Source: Eledone cirrhosa
Lineage: Eukaryota
Reading direction: 5' to 3'
NCBI GenBank assembly: GCA_964016885.1
Contig: OZ024741.1
Span: forward strand, 176,886,001 to 176,950,000
Length of the DNA: 64,000 nucleotides
In this document: piece by piece, positions 1-15,782 of the stretch
How positions within the stretch are numbered: position 1 is the first letter of the stretch
Layout of the letters: the number at the start of each line of letters is the position of its first letter
Notes under the pieces: model-generated
The model's input: the letters and a program-made list of their open reading frames with translations, nothing else
The model's database searches: none
What the model was told of the DNA's origin: nothing
Made by a program: the position numbers and the translations under genes

Positions 1-1404
1 CATCAATATTACACTATGATGTGTGAACTTCGACAGAAATAGCAATAAAACAGATTTTATTCATACAGAATTACGGAGAGAAATATAAGATGGGAGAATC
101 GTGCAATACAGTGTAAACAGTGCCTTCAACATTAGTGACACGAAATATATAAAGAGTTCAACAATAGGATCACTCTCATATTGAGCGTGAGTGAACGCAT
201 CAAAGTGGCAAATTGCTGATGAATGTTTACAACAGTACAATAATGAGAGAACATAAAGTGTTCAAAATCAAACGACAAATTGTTGATTGATTTATAGTCT
301 CATTAGTTGGAGTCTTAACAACATTTATAATCTACATACCAATCAATAGTCATACGTTGAGATAGGGAGTATGACTCAAAGATTAGAATCTAACAACAAA
401 AAATAAATTCAGATATTTGATATCCTTTACAGTTTCAGTGTAAATATTTGAATTAATTTAATTGATGCAATCATAGTACTAGTTTGTATTGCTTGATGAT
501 GCGTTGCAATCTAAATAAAGAAAATAATTATTTATTAAAAATTGCATGCATGGTCACGTAATTCGTGGGGTAGTCGTATTGATATACGTCATTTCTAGGG
601 CATTTTAAAACCTGGGGGAGCTCAATCCTCTCCGCGTCTAAATATATCAGATTTATTCCAGAGAAGGAAGGGGAGGCAGAGAATGGAATTGAGAAAGAGA
701 TATAGAGGAAGAATTGACCCCAGTACTAGACTAGAACTTATTTTTATCGACCTCGCATGGATGAATGTCAACGTTAATATCGGCGTGATTTGAACGCAGA
801 GTGCAGAGAATCGAAACAAATACGCAACATGTTCTATCCAACGTTCTAATTATTGTCAAGGCGCAGCCTTATTTATTAATATGCAAACCCATTTTCATTA
901 AAGGAAAATGCTATGGTCCAGCACACCTCAGACAAATGTTTTTGAATTTAAAACATTCCTATATTTCGAATGATTCTTATAATCAACATCTTCGTCTTAT
1001 TCGTATATCGGTGAGTGCCTGGAGGGCAGACACCTCCTACACGCACTACAAAGGGTCCTTTCGGAAGCAAGTCCTTCGAAATGATCCAGTTGGATCCACA
1101 AGTGAGACTAATGGAACATATGTGTTTTATGCAAACTTTGTGTATGTGTTTTTATGTTGATTTTTAATTTAGGCAGAAGACGAATAATTGAGTGGGTGGG
1201 ATCTATTCGATCTCCCCCATTTTGTACACAACTGTTATTTTACTCGCCTCGCCTCCAGAAAGATGAACGAAATCTTAAAACTGAGATTTGACATCAAAAG
1301 CTAAAATGTCATAAAAATTCCGTGAATTATTATTTTTGATGCCCTAACGCATCTTTCAAATCCATCCACTAACCTCTCCCCCTCTCGCTCGCTCTCTCTC
1401 TCTT

Positions 1405-1712
1405 CCTTTCTATCTCTCTCTCTCTATATATATATATATTTATATATCATTCTCTCTCTCTCTTTCCTAATTTTATATATACATATAAATACGCATCAAA
1501 ATCTGAGGAATAGGATATACAAGCCCCGTAATTGGGAGGATTACAGTCCTGACCAAGCGTGCCTTAAAGTAATTTTGAAGACGTGTATCTGATACTATGT
1601 ATTAAAACCCACACATATACACACACACAAGCACATACATATATGTAAATGCGTATATGTACATATATATTCATATATATGTATAATATATATATATGTA
1701 TATAATATATAT

Positions 1713-1772
<60 letters not shown>

Positions 1773-1844
1773 TAAATAAATGAATGAATAAATGAATGAA
1801 TAAATAAATAAATATATATATATATTTATTTATTTATGCATATG

Positions 1845-1891
<47 letters not shown>

Positions 1892-1913
1892 ATGTATGTT
1901 TGTATGTGGTGTA

Positions 1914-1947
<34 letters not shown>

Positions 1948-1950
1948 TGT
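1405..1950. repeat. Compound (CT)n/(TA)n/(TGAA)n/(TG)n microsatellite region
   Basis: Directly visible tandem repeats; explains the low-complexity ORFs. Confidence 0.9.
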
Positions 1951-2359
1951 ATTAGCCTGTAGATGAAAGCAGGATTCAAAGTGAGTAAACAGAAATAATA
2001 GCATCTCTCAGTATATCTCCTCAATGAGATGAAATTAGTTTTCACACGTTGGTTAAAAGAGTACAAGAATGAGTTCACTTACATGAGAGGATTGAAATAC
2101 GATAACAGACATAATAAATATGTCGTTCTAGGTGACAAATATTGGCGATTGTTATAACACATTATCTCTTCATGAATTGACAATGAATGCACACGTTAGA
2201 ATAATTAGACTCTCAAGGTTTTACATTGCTAATAATTAGTGTGACAGCTACGAACTGGTTAAAGTCGTTACTTCTCATCTCAAGAGAGGCTGGTTTCGCT
2301 CTTTGGTGTAAAATATATTATGAAATGTCTTCGTTACTCACGAGCGCAAACTGGTACGC

Positions 2360-3285
<926 letters not shown>

Positions 3286-3330
3286 AATAAAATCTGGAGA
3301 AGGAGTACATGGATTGGAATATATATAATA

Positions 3331-4394
3331 CTAGCAGAGGTACCCGGCGTTGCCCGGTTATTAAATAGCAGTTGTGTATATAATTTATGTCAATACTTCA
3401 GTGCTACTTCGAAAACTATACTTGTACAATATCATCGGCTTTTTCCAAAAGTGGGTTCCTGCCCCCAGGTATCCCTTACTCAATATATGCCATTTCTGAG
3501 AGTTGACATTCATCTGTAGGACAAACGTAGCCCATGTGTCAAGGTTTGTAAAAATCGGTTGCGAACTCCAGAAGTTATGACGTTTTGTTGCATTGCACTG
3601 CAGTTCTACAGTCGACTCCAAGGAAGTGGTTAAAGGGGGTTATCTGCCGGGAGGCCCTATAATCAATATCTGTAAAAATGAAAGTGCCCATGACCATCCG
3701 GAGTACATAAGTAACCTATGTCTTAAGTTTTGTGAAAATACTGTAGAAATGCATAAGGTTTATACACGCGTGCGCTCGTGCGTGTGAGTGTGTGTGTGTG
3801 TGTGTGTTTGTGTGTTTATTTATGTATGTGTGTGTGCGTATGTATGTGTATGTCCGTCGGGGCATACGTATGTACTGGCCTAAATCTTCACTATTTACTT
3901 TTACTATTTTAATAACCTATGTCATTTTCGTTTTCAATTTTATTTACATCATTCTTAAACTCCGGGGCTGGAAATCATTCTGTTATGTTAAATAGAATAT
4001 TAGTCTAACGACTCCATTTATACCATCAACTTTGTCTTGTCTTTGCATGAAATTGTACTTCACGATCCACATAACGACGTATTATCCTCGCTTTTTTCCG
4101 TTCCTTGCCAGGGAACGTCTTCACGAACCAAAATATCGTCTTCCTGTTTACGTTCGGTTGGAACGTTTCTCGAAATAGTTACTTCTGCGTTCACAGATTA
4201 CTCTCAGCTCAATTTGAATGGGAAATTCTTATTTCATCGATTGTGCCCTAAAAGTCGACCCAACGCTTCCTCGGGTCATTCTGCATAACTGTGTAAATTT
4301 TCGCTGCATTCCACCAAGCCGTTTCGACGTTTATCCGACTACACCTACTTACTTAAATATACAACGTCCGACCACTTCCAATTCATATGGTAGA
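3331..4394 (-). mobile_element. Probable non-autonomous Helitron-like element
   Basis: Minus-strand 3' end CCGGGCAACGCCGGG hairpin followed by ...CTAG|T at 3331-3358; internal (TG)n; candidate 5' TC terminus near 4394. The 5' boundary is uncertain. Confidence 0.45.
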
Positions 4395-4519
4395 AATATA
4401 TGAAAATAGGGAGAAAAAGACGATTTTTCTGGGTTAGAAAATGTTTAAAAAAATATATTTTACTTTGTGTGAAGTGTTAATGTATTAGTTAATTTATTTA
4501 TTAATTAACAATGGCATTT

Positions 4520-4875
4520 ATTTATCTATTTATATATATAATAATTGTCTATTACCGGTTTCAGCATTTTATGCATTATCAAAGGGGGGAATTTGTATCA
4601 GTGTAAAATGTTGGTGATGTTGAACATGTTAAGAAAATGGTGAAGAAAGAATAATGTTATTTACAAACAAGGTTTTTGAAGTGAAAAGAAAAAAAAGTGG
4701 GTAATGTGGAACATGATAAGGTAATGGGAAAGAAAAAAACATATTTACACATAGTTCTTGAGGATAATCATTTCAAAATGTGTTATTATGGCAAGCGTGC
4801 TTATTTGATCCATGATGGAGGCAAATGGTAGGCTGGGTTTGATATGATTTCCCTTTTTAGAGAGTTAATATTCCA
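4520..4875 (-). mobile_element. Penelope-like element 3' fragment with decayed hammerhead
   Basis: Minus-strand peptide NINSLKREII..YHLPPSW* resembles the end of a PLE GIY-YIG domain. Downstream motif UUGAUAA-UGCAUAAAAUGCU-GAAA-CCGG-UA at 4553-4582; helix I has decayed. Confidence 0.5.
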
Positions 4876-4877
4876 CA

Positions 4878-5540
<663 letters not shown>

Positions 5541-5734
5541 AGGGAAAAAAATACTGATTGAAACTGCACCTAGTCTTTATATATAGATATCAATTTACTG
5601 CACACAACGAAAATGTCTTCATACAAATATATGAAGTGAGGTGTCTTGCTCAAGAACATATTTTGTGGAGTCTTAATGTATATTGTACAAAATATAATTT
5701 AGAGATATATCAGATGAAAGAATGGTATTTAACT

Positions 5735-6075
5735 AATGTATTGGTATGCGATGGGGCCCACCCACAGCCCCGGCGGGCAAAATGGAGAAGGCATTTCCCC
5801 CGACACGGCAAGGGAGACGCGCTGGAAAAGCCACTCCAACTCGCGGGGCTCACACCTGCGTCTGGCCTGTTCAGCGCCTATGGTGGTGAGTAAGGAGGTA
5901 GCCCTGGGGCCGAGGACACGAGAAATCTCCACTGCCAGGGGTACGACCGCAAACCTGTCGGAGAGCGACCGGTATTTGAGGAGTTTGGTCCCCTGAGCCC
6001 GACGTGCAGCAGGACCTGGGTCAATCGCAGACTGCACCAGGCTGCGGCTGCAGAAAGTGTCAAATTCATTCACTC
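5735..6075 (-). mobile_element. CRE-type (restriction-like endonuclease) non-LTR retrotransposon 3' fragment
   Basis: K..KYRSL..F.VVPLAVE...LGP.A..LL..IG...EPRELEWLFQRVSLAV, typical of the RLE C-terminus of CRE-like elements. Confidence 0.7.
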
Positions 6076-6157
6076 TTCGTTATATATCGTGTCTACGATT
6101 AGCATATCGTCCACTGTTGTAGATGATGCTACAACAACAACAATAACAACAACAACA

Positions 6158-6192
<35 letters not shown>

Positions 6193-6334
6193 ACACAAAC
6201 TCCACTATCACCACCACCAGCCGACCTACAGGTGCATGCTCACATATGCCTATTCACTTGAACAAATTAATCAGGGATTAGCCGAATAGAACAGTTTCAG
6301 TCTCCTGTCGTTTGAACCACGGCTAACACAGAAC

Positions 6335-9030
6335 CTCTTTCTTTGCGGCCACAATACAGTGAAAAGCTGCTTGCCCTCCTCATCCAAAGAGGGCGGGGTG
6401 ATATTCACCCTGGATTCGGTCGATAACCGGATCGAACCCCCACTCGATAACGGTTGTTCGTCATAACCACATATGTCAGTAATTCATTGACACTGGACGA
6501 ATGCGTGCACAACGGGTTCGACGTACTGCGCGCATCGTGGGCAGGTCCGTCTGACCGTACTCCCTTGCCTGTAGAGTTTATATGGATCCGGCAGAGGCCT
6601 CCGGTAGCATTACCAAGCGAGGGAGTTCTGGAAGTAATCCATAGACCCCGGAACAGAGGTAATGTTTGTTTCGTCGACGCCCTGGGAGATTCCAAGATCG
6701 TCGTAGACCTTGCCTACCAGTAATCCACTATAGAACACTTTAGTGGAATTTCCACTGACCGTATTTCTCGTCTGGAAGAGGGGAATGAACGGCTGGCAAC
6801 ATTACAGATTCCAGGCGCCCAGTCTCGGTTTTTTCTTCATCTAATACTGCAGTTCAGTCAAAGAGACCAAATGCAGAAAAGCCTGTCTCATAAACGCTGA
6901 CTACACCTGTTCACCGTTTACGCATACCTGAAGATGCCGTAGCTTCAGCGCATCAGCAGCAGGCGGACCACATCACCAATGGAACCCGCATCTCCACAAG
7001 CAGGCGAAGAGCAGAGGTTCCAACGTGCTGCTGCGTGTATGGGGGCGAGGCACAATAATCACGCGTTAGTAGATGACGTATGTGATGTACGCGTTTGCAG
7101 CCGCCACCCTATATTTCAGGGAGAGCTTCCTCTCGGTTGATGAGATTGGCCCTTCGCAGCACTCTGCATTGGCTTGGAATAGACGCGGAAAAAACGTCGA
7201 AGAAGGAACTGCCGTCTACCACCATCTCTGATCGGTCCCCCTCCCTGAACAGTAGAACAATGTGCTGGCGAAAGGCTGCAAATATGTGCACCGAATCATT
7301 CAAAACGCGTTCGTTGCGGTCCGTCAAAGACTGGATCGTGGTTTTGTTACCACGCTGCGACTCCATCACACACGCTCATTGACCCCTTTTCATCCCCTCA
7401 TTTCTTAGCGCACGCGCGTTCGTTCTGGCAATGCATACTTCGTGTATCGCATTAAATATATAGTCTAATGCCATTCTCGGTGCGAGGTCGTAGGCTGAAA
7501 TTTCATTTCTAATCGTCTCGTCTAATTTGGCTTCCAGTTCCCCCTACTTTCTATCATTTCTAACTACCTCTTTATCAAAACATATTGACACTACCCTAAT
7601 CTCTTTTGTTGTTGACGAAAACCTGTAAACGTACGCTCAACTAAAGTGGGGTTACGGTCACTGTAAACTATACGCGCAGTGAATGATATGTTGAGCTTCC
7701 AATAAGTAGGTGCTGGCCTCTAAATTTTATCTAGGTCGACCATGCAGAACACAAATTTGGGATGTTGATACTCGACGGTTCGAAAAAGTGGACAATTCGA
7801 TTTTTGTCCAGGCCTCTACTGGCGCATTAGGGATATCAAGTCGGTACCTGTAAGATAGTTGCAACTCCCACACAATCCCAGCATGCGTCTAAAATGCCTT
7901 CCAGTCCAACGTTAACTGTAAAGAGCTAGACATTCCCGGAAAAAAGCTTTAATTGCTCACGTCCAGGACCACCAACCTACCGGCCGCGTCCAGGAAGATC
8001 TGTCTTACTTCGAGATCCAGGCCTTCCCTAAACAGCACTGCCACCTCACCTCCCATTTCCGGTCGACTACGTGTTGCGAAGATCTGACAGTCATCGAACC
8101 TGGAATCTAGTCCGCACGACTAGGAAATCCTAGTCCCAATGACGGCAGTCATACCCATATTTAATGACCTGAGGTCGATCAGCAAGTGACTCTGCTTCCA
8201 AGAAGACTGCATGCCACGACCATTTGCATTATTTGCACGGCTATTTCTTTTTAAATATCCATGTTGGCTAGTTGATCGAATGAGAAAGATTTACCATCCT
8301 TCCGTGTGCTTGTGGAGGTCGGGCGGATCCACCTCCATGTTTCGTGTAGTTTCTTCAAAGTTTCCCACGTCATTTGGAAGCTCTCTTTAATGCCGTTGTA
8401 GGCACCCAGCAACATTCGTACTGCATCGAAGTGTGCTGATGCCAAGTATAACACACTCCTCTGTGATTTCTTTGCTTCGTGATACAAGGACAATCAATTA
8501 CTCGTTTGGGTGATTGTGGTAGCGGTGTTGATATTGTTGTTGTGGATGTGTCACTCTTTGTTGTGGGTGAAGTGTTTGTGTACGTGTATATTTTGTTTTC
8601 ATTTTCATAATTTTTGTCTGTCTGGATTCTGTTCTTTTAGGACGTTGTGGTAGTCCCTCGTCCTTGCTCCGAAAGGACAAGGTTTCTATCTCTGATTCGG
8701 AGTATTGTATATTTGTGTTTGTCTGGCTGTTTATGTGTATGTTTGGGGGAGAATAGGAGAGTGTTTCTCGTCTTCCCCATGGACTGGTTGTGTCTTGGTT
8801 GTAGATGCTTATGCTGTTTCTACGGTAGCAGCTTCCGGTGCTGATATCGCTACTTCCGGGGTTTTACGCCCCGTCACTTGTGTTTGCAGCAACGGTGGTT
8901 TTCGACCCCCTACACTTTTCAGCTGAGAGCAGAAGTTTCACTGATAAGTTGCATCACCGGAGACAGAATAATTGGCCTTCTACCCTCACTGACTAGTTGT
9001 ATGGAGGACCCCTCTGAAGGCGCACATGGA
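6335..9030 (-). mobile_element. Decayed Tx1/L1-type LINE (ORF1 remnant, APE endonuclease, RT and C-terminal fragments)
   Basis: 8235-7720 is homologous to the APE region of the 49.5 kb copy (GE-VAVLFR, RLVVLDV, RYRLD.P); RT-region pieces at 7380-6900; 3' end TTGTGGCC..AAAGAAAG like the other Tx1 ends. Confidence 0.8.
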
Positions 9031-9043
9031 CACGTGTATGTCG

Positions 9044-9096
<53 letters not shown>

Positions 9097-9130
9097 TTTC
9101 AACCACAGAGTAATCTAAACAACCATTATT

Positions 9131-9240
9131 AATCCCGTCGAGGTTAACTTTGCCTTTCATCCTTACGGGGTCGATAAAATAAAATACCAGTAATTCACTG
9201 GGATAATTGCTGGCCTCGTGCTAAAAGTAGAAACAATTAT
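9131..9240 (+). mobile_element. SINE family A (Nin/Deu-type core), 5'-truncated
   Basis: GCCTTTCATCCTTACGGGGTCGATAAAATAAAATACCAG core. Confidence 0.85.
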
Positions 9241-10143
9241 GACGACAGACCTCATCGTTCTGACTCCGCATCCAATACAATAGATAAACGACAACAAAAA
9301 CAAATTCCTCAATAGAACAGATTTGTAGGACAATAGGAAAACTTGGTGCAAGGGAGCCGTTAAAACAGCAAAATGCCGTCAAAAGAGCCCTTAAAAAATA
9401 TGTAAAATATAATTCGTAGGAAAATGGAAACTCGGCGAAAGAAACCTGTTAAATCAGCAAAATGCCGTCAAAGGAATATAATTCTTACATCAAAGGATGG
9501 AAAGGGATATTAGATTTAACTCAAAGGAGAGAAAGGGGTATAACCTTTACCTCAAATGACAGAAATTAGCGGCTAGCCGTGAAAGGAAGAAGAGAAAACA
9601 GGAAGTAAATGGACAGGAGAATGTCACACAAACATTTGAAAACTCTCATCAGCTTTTAGACCCTCCTCCCTCCTATCAGTTCTGTGGACCAGCGCATTGT
9701 TAGCCGCTGATTTCTATCCTTTGGGGTCAAAAGTTTACTCAAGCTTTGACGGCATCTTACTGAACTTGCGTTGAGTTTTCCCTTTTTCCTACGAATTCCA
9801 ATACACACGCGTCTCAAACTCGATGTATATGTTGTATATATCTATTTACAATATGTTTGTATATATGGACACATAACTCTTTAGAGAGTCGTAGGGAAGC
9901 CATATTAACATACATCGTTTCTAGAGCATGTTAAAATGGTGTCTTTAACGGTTGTTCTGGCGATGATTGTTATATGTATTCAAATACACTCTTCCTTCAT
10001 CTCGATCAGATACAACGTTATTATAAATTTATCATAGCTATGATTTCCTTTCTATTTAGGACAGGCACCTCAGCTTGAGATCCACCATCCCATTATTTTC
10101 GTTTCTTTGTTTTATTTCGTATTTCTATTTGTGCTGTTTTTTA

Positions 10144-10145
<2 letters not shown>

Positions 10146-10217
<72 letters not shown>

Positions 10218-10282
10218 ACATACACATACGTACACACACACGCACGAACACACACACACACACACCCACCCCACACACACAC
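10146..10282. repeat. (CA)n microsatellite
   Basis: Visible directly. Confidence 0.95.
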
Positions 10283-11049
10283 ATCATGCCAGCAGAAAGA
10301 TTTATTTTTCTGTTGTACGATCCAGTATTTTAAAACGGTACTCTCAATTAAATCGTGTGAAACCATGTTGCTGGTTTGGTAGCTGATAAGGAAGAAGGTG
10401 TATGTGTAACCTTATACTAATAATAAATTTGATTCTCCGTATCGTATAGCATCTTTTTTCCACTATTTGTTTTCATTCCTTTCAACTGCAGACGTATTGG
10501 GGATTTTATTTCTTAATTGTCTATCACAGATTCCATATTTGGTGATTAACTGAAAAGGTAGATGTTTACATTCATTATTTTCAACTCACTGAAAATAGAA
10601 TATATATATTGGTAAATATACTTGTGTTCCCTTTTTAAGGTTTCATAGCTAATGATTTATATGAATGTTAAGCGACAACTATATATTGAAGCTAATTATT
10701 CAGCACAGTCCAAAAGAATTGAACTTCTGACTAGTTATAATATTATAATTTAGTATCTCAGATAATTATAATGAATTGTTTTACTTGGTTAAATAATATT
10801 GGACACTTTTTCTTTTTCTTCCACCACTCTACTAATGATGCCATCAATTCTGATATAGGTGTAGATACTTGTTAGCTAGGTACAAATGAATTTGTGTTTG
10901 AAAAGAAGACAATAAAATAGAAAAGCCTTTCGATTGAGCATATATAGAGACAGAAAATATTCGCTCATCAACAGAGAATTGAATATGATTTCATTCTTGT
11001 TGTTGTTCTTGTGTTTGGACGTCTTTCGTTTCCAATGATTAGCGCCCCG

Positions 11050-11335
11050 GTTCATACTTTTAACGAAATTATATGTTCGTAAAATTACCACGTAATTTGC
11101 TGAGCATTCCGGAGACACGTGCACGCTTAACATAGTTCTCTGAGATCATCGTGACTCAATGTATAACAAATTGGTCCTTTCAATTACAGGAACAGTTCAT
11201 TCCTCAGTTGAGTGGACTGGAATAACGTAAAATAATATGTCTTGTTGAAGGATACACAAACGGGCCGGGAAAAGAAATTCTGACCTTAGAATTGTGAGCC
11301 CAATCCCATAGCCATTATGCGATGCACGTTCACAT
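11050..11335 (-). mobile_element. SINE family B, decayed
   Basis: Reverse-complement similarity to the copies at 31612-31885 and 59410-59680. Confidence 0.55.
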
Positions 11336-12984
11336 ATACATCGTTAACTTGAGATTTAAAATCCCTATTTCTCAGCTCAGAATGTTTTTCCCATATCCAT
11401 CATTGCAAGGTGTTAAGCAAACTCCCTGGAGTATGTGGTAAAGTGACTTGCGTCATTTTTTCCGGATGTGTGCCCTCTAATTTCAAATTCATGTGAGATC
11501 CAATTTGAATTTCAACATTTCAGAATCATAATGAAAATATTAAACAAATGCTTTTGTAGCCATCTCATGTTAGAGCTGACACCTCATGGATGATCCCCTG
11601 GATTAATATTGGTATTGTTGAGAGTATATCTTTACTGTTCACTAATAAAAGAGCACATAAAATCCTAAATGAAACATGTTACAGGCTATTATTCAATCTC
11701 TGTTGACATTGACGGCCATGCTATTTTATCGCAAAACAAGAATTTTCCCAAAATTAGGGTTGAGAGTGCAGTTGGATGTGATCCATATTTTATTTTTCAG
11801 TTAAATCCGAAAGATGTTTGTGTTTACATTAATATGAGCAATGCAATATACACTTAGAACCTCGAGTTTATTTACGTAATTTCTAAACGTTATCAATACA
11901 TTTATGAAGTATGATCACCACAACAGTAATATTTCTTCCACACAAATATAATTCATGCCTTTATTGCGTATATGATAGACGAGTGCCGGTATTGCGATAT
12001 GAAACATCAGTATAACGGCTTGTAGCTCCACACATTGTAATTTGGGCAGTATCAACTGTTCATTGGTTTTATGAAAACACACCAAATATACATTTTTATA
12101 TCTAAAAAAATCCACATAATTTTTCCTTCCCAATTACGTGCTCTTGGCCTGGATTGATACTTGTGTAGGAAATTTGAAGGATAATATTTTTCTATATTAA
12201 ATCGATAACCCATATTCAGAAAACAAAAATGATAAATAGAAGTGAAATAATAATTATGGTTTAAGTTTCTCACTTCTTCCTTTGGAACTATTTTATGATT
12301 GCAAGCAAGAGTGATCTAGAATGCTTATCTGCAAGGAATATATGTTGTAGGTTTTCATTTGTCTTGAATATGAAAATCATTTAAAGGATCGTGACACTAT
12401 GACTGTCATCACTTCAAAACTGGTTATGAAGGATCTTCGGTTCATTTCCATTTGACAACTGACATTTACTGCTTTTGATTTATCCATCGTTAAACTGAAA
12501 CGAGATGGAAGCAGTCGTATAATAAAATTACTTGATGTTTCAAAACGTCAGTAGTCTTGGCAGGAATGATAGATTAACACAATAAATGTCTCACATTTCC
12601 CTATATTGAGTTCAAATGGCATCGAGTTCAAAGCTACGTTTCACCCCTGAAGTTTCAAGTTTAATAACATGATAACAGTAATATACTCTAGGTGATTTAA
12701 TTGACTTTCGCTCCATCTTAACAACCATACTATGTTGCTGATAAGGTCACTGCCAATTCAGGGCTTACTTAATACCATAATCAAGTCTTGGGAACCAGAG
12801 CTTCCTATTCAGTTTCGGTTTATAGTCAATACAGAAAGTAAAGAGTGTGTTTTAATGCAGTGATCATAGATGGCTTTGTGGCTGAGAGAAGTACGTTATG
12901 TGTAGTGAAGGTTTAAATAGAGAATGCACATGTTTGGAGGTCTGAATCCTACAACATATTAGATTACCACAGAAATAGCGTATA

Positions 12985-13565
12985 CTTAGTAAATAATTGT
13001 TTCTACTTTTGGCACAAGGCCAGCAATTATCCAGTGTGTGACTGGTACATTATTTTATCGACCCCGTAAGGATGAAAGGCAAAGTTAACCTGGGTGAGAT
13101 TTGAACTCAGTTGATAAAGGGCTGTAACTCTTTGCTGCAAAGCATGGCGTCCGACCCTCTATCGATACTGCCAATCCACTGCCCATCCTTAGTAAATAAT
13201 CTTTTCTACTTTTGGCACAAGGCCATCAAATTACCAAGTACATTACTGGTACTTTATTTTATCGACCCCGTAAGGCAAAGTTAACCCCGGCGGGATTTGA
13301 ACTCAGACCGCAAAGGGACGTAACTATGCTGGAAAGCATGGCGTCCGACACTCTACCGCCCTAGTAAATAATTGTTTCTACTTTAGGCACAAGGCCAGCA
13401 AATACCCAGTTCATTACTGGTACTTTATTTTATCGACCCCGTAAGGATGAAAGGCAAAGTCAACCTCGGCGGGATTTGAACTCAGATCGTAAAGGGACGT
13501 AACTATGCTGGAAAGCATGGCGTCCGACCCTCTACCGATACTGCCAATCCACCCTAGTAAATAAT
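12985..13565 (-). mobile_element. Tandem array of three family A tRNA-derived SINEs
   Basis: Complete units have A-box TGGCAGTATCGG, B-box GAGTTCAAATC and the Nin/Deu core; units are delimited by (C/T)TAGTAAATAAT. Confidence 0.92.
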
Positions 13566-14371
13566 GTACTATATTTAGACAAGTACCAAATAGATCCTTA
13601 CAACCGAAGCACGTGTTGAATTTAGAGACCAATCTATAATCATATATATGAGCTGTATGTTTCCTTGTACAAATACATCGATTGCAAAATTGAGACATCA
13701 ACATCTTGGTAATAGATGTATGGCATCGGTGGTGATTCTGTAAATGTATGCCGAAACTATTATCTAAACTATAATAAAGTAAGAAGCGCGGGATTGCGTA
13801 CAATTTATAATTTGTTATCCCCTTAGTAAAATAAATTGGATTATTTTGAATAAATAATGAATGAATATTACATAATTTATCTACTAAATTTCGTGGCTGT
13901 TCATTAAATATATTTTATTATTTATTTAAAGATTCACTTCTTTAAACTTTTCAAATGACAACATTTCCGGTGGCGATCGCTTAAATACATACTCATATAT
14001 TTCCGTCACTAATTTTCTCCTAATGCAGTTTATATATAATATCGTCTTTTTTTTATGTATCATGGATTACATTACTGATTAAATAAGACAGTGTAACACA
14101 GTCTTCGTTCAATTTCTGTGTATATTGTCAATTACGATTTTATTTGATGTATCATATCAACATTTTTATATTCTTGCGTAAAATATCAATATACACACTA
14201 CTCATGCCAGCAGAAAACCAGCCGAAGGGTGGTTTTTCTGCTAGTTGATATAACTACACACATCTATCTGATAAGGTTCTAGGATGCAATAAAATATATA
14301 GCAACAACTCAAAACAAAATATCAATTTTGCCAAGATCTAAGAAACAGAAATTACTGTAGAGTTTACCTAA

Positions 14372-14896
14372 CTTTTAAATAATTGTTTCTACTGTTTTTG
14401 GTACAAGGCCAGCAATTATGTCAGTGCATTACAGGTACGTTATTTTATCAACCCCGTAAGGATGAAAGGCAAAGTTAACCTCGTTGGGATTTGAAATCAG
14501 ATCGTAAAGGGGCGTAACTCTATGCTGCAAACCATGGCGTCCAACTTACTACAGATTCTGCCAATCCACCGCCTTCTTTTAAATAATTGTTTCTACTTTT
14601 GGAACAAGGCCAGCAATTATCCAGTGCATTACTGGTACTTTATTTTATCGACCCCATAAGGATGAAAGGGAAAGTTAACCTCGGCGGGAATTGAACTCAG
14701 ATCATACAGGGAGGTAACTGTATGCTTCAATACATGGTGTCTCACCCTCTACCGATACTGCCAATCCACCGCCTTCTTTTTAAATAATTGTTTCTACTTT
14801 AGGCACAAGGCCAGCAATGACCCAGTGCATTACTGGTACTTTATTTTATCGACCCCGTAAGGATGAAAGGCAAAGTCAACCTTCTTTTTAAATAAT
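14372..14896 (-). mobile_element. Tandem array of three family A SINEs (last one 5'-truncated)
   Basis: Same SINE; units are delimited by CTTTT(T)AAATAAT. Confidence 0.92.
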
Positions 14897-15747
14897 AATT
14901 CAACGTTAGAATTAGAAATGTTGGTGATTAGGGAACAACTTAATCTAGATATTTTTAGATTAAATTTCTAGATTATTTTTTTATAATGTTAGTCATTATT
15001 TCAATATCCTATGATGATTATTGACATACGTGACAAATGTCATTCCAAAATATATATGTATTACAAATTCCAGTTTATTTAATTACTATAAGATTTGTTG
15101 TGCTCACATAAAATATTCACCCATTGTTTTCCGTGCTGTATAATTATACCTAATTGTAAATTTAATTTACTTGGGTGGGGTATAACTCAAACAATCTTGA
15201 TGGCAGTATGAGATTGAATAATGTATATCTTTTTAGTGAGTAAATTATCTGCGACTGAATATTGGAACCGAATAGAAGCTTTATACAATAAACATGGTTT
15301 CTATTGTTGAAATCTAACAGTCAAAAATCTATCGGTTGTATAGACTTCAGTAACCAACTAGTGCATATGTTATGACCAGACGTGATGGAATGTTAAATCC
15401 ACTTTGATGGTATTTGAACATCACGCTCAAATGAATGTATTTCAATACGCAAAACCTAATATTGGGTAACTTTTAAAATTTTCATTAATAAGGGACAAAT
15501 AATGAACTATCTTATATATGGCTCAATGGAACGACAGAAAATTCATCCATTATGTTGGTAATTCTGTTTCTTCTTCTTCTTCTTGTTCGTAGTTACAACG
15601 TTTGCCCAGAATTCGAGAGTCATGGAATTCAAATTCTCCATAGCGGCTGCTGACAATTTTTTCTGACCCTACGGATATTTTACCCAACTTCTAAAGATAT
15701 ATATAGTAATCGGGTGTTGTTTCAGTTATTCTCTACGGTTGAAATTC

Positions 15748-15782
<35 letters not shown>

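Noticed and set aside
10480-12520. Possible host exons (e.g. 10491-10557 +, 11685-11757 +, 12385-12495 -)
   Set aside because: The splice-like signals are weak, no protein is recognisable and no consistent exon chain emerges; RNA-seq would be needed.
12985-14896. CRISPR-like repeat/spacer appearance
   Set aside because: The apparent spacers are homologous SINE copies, there are no cas genes and the context is eukaryotic.
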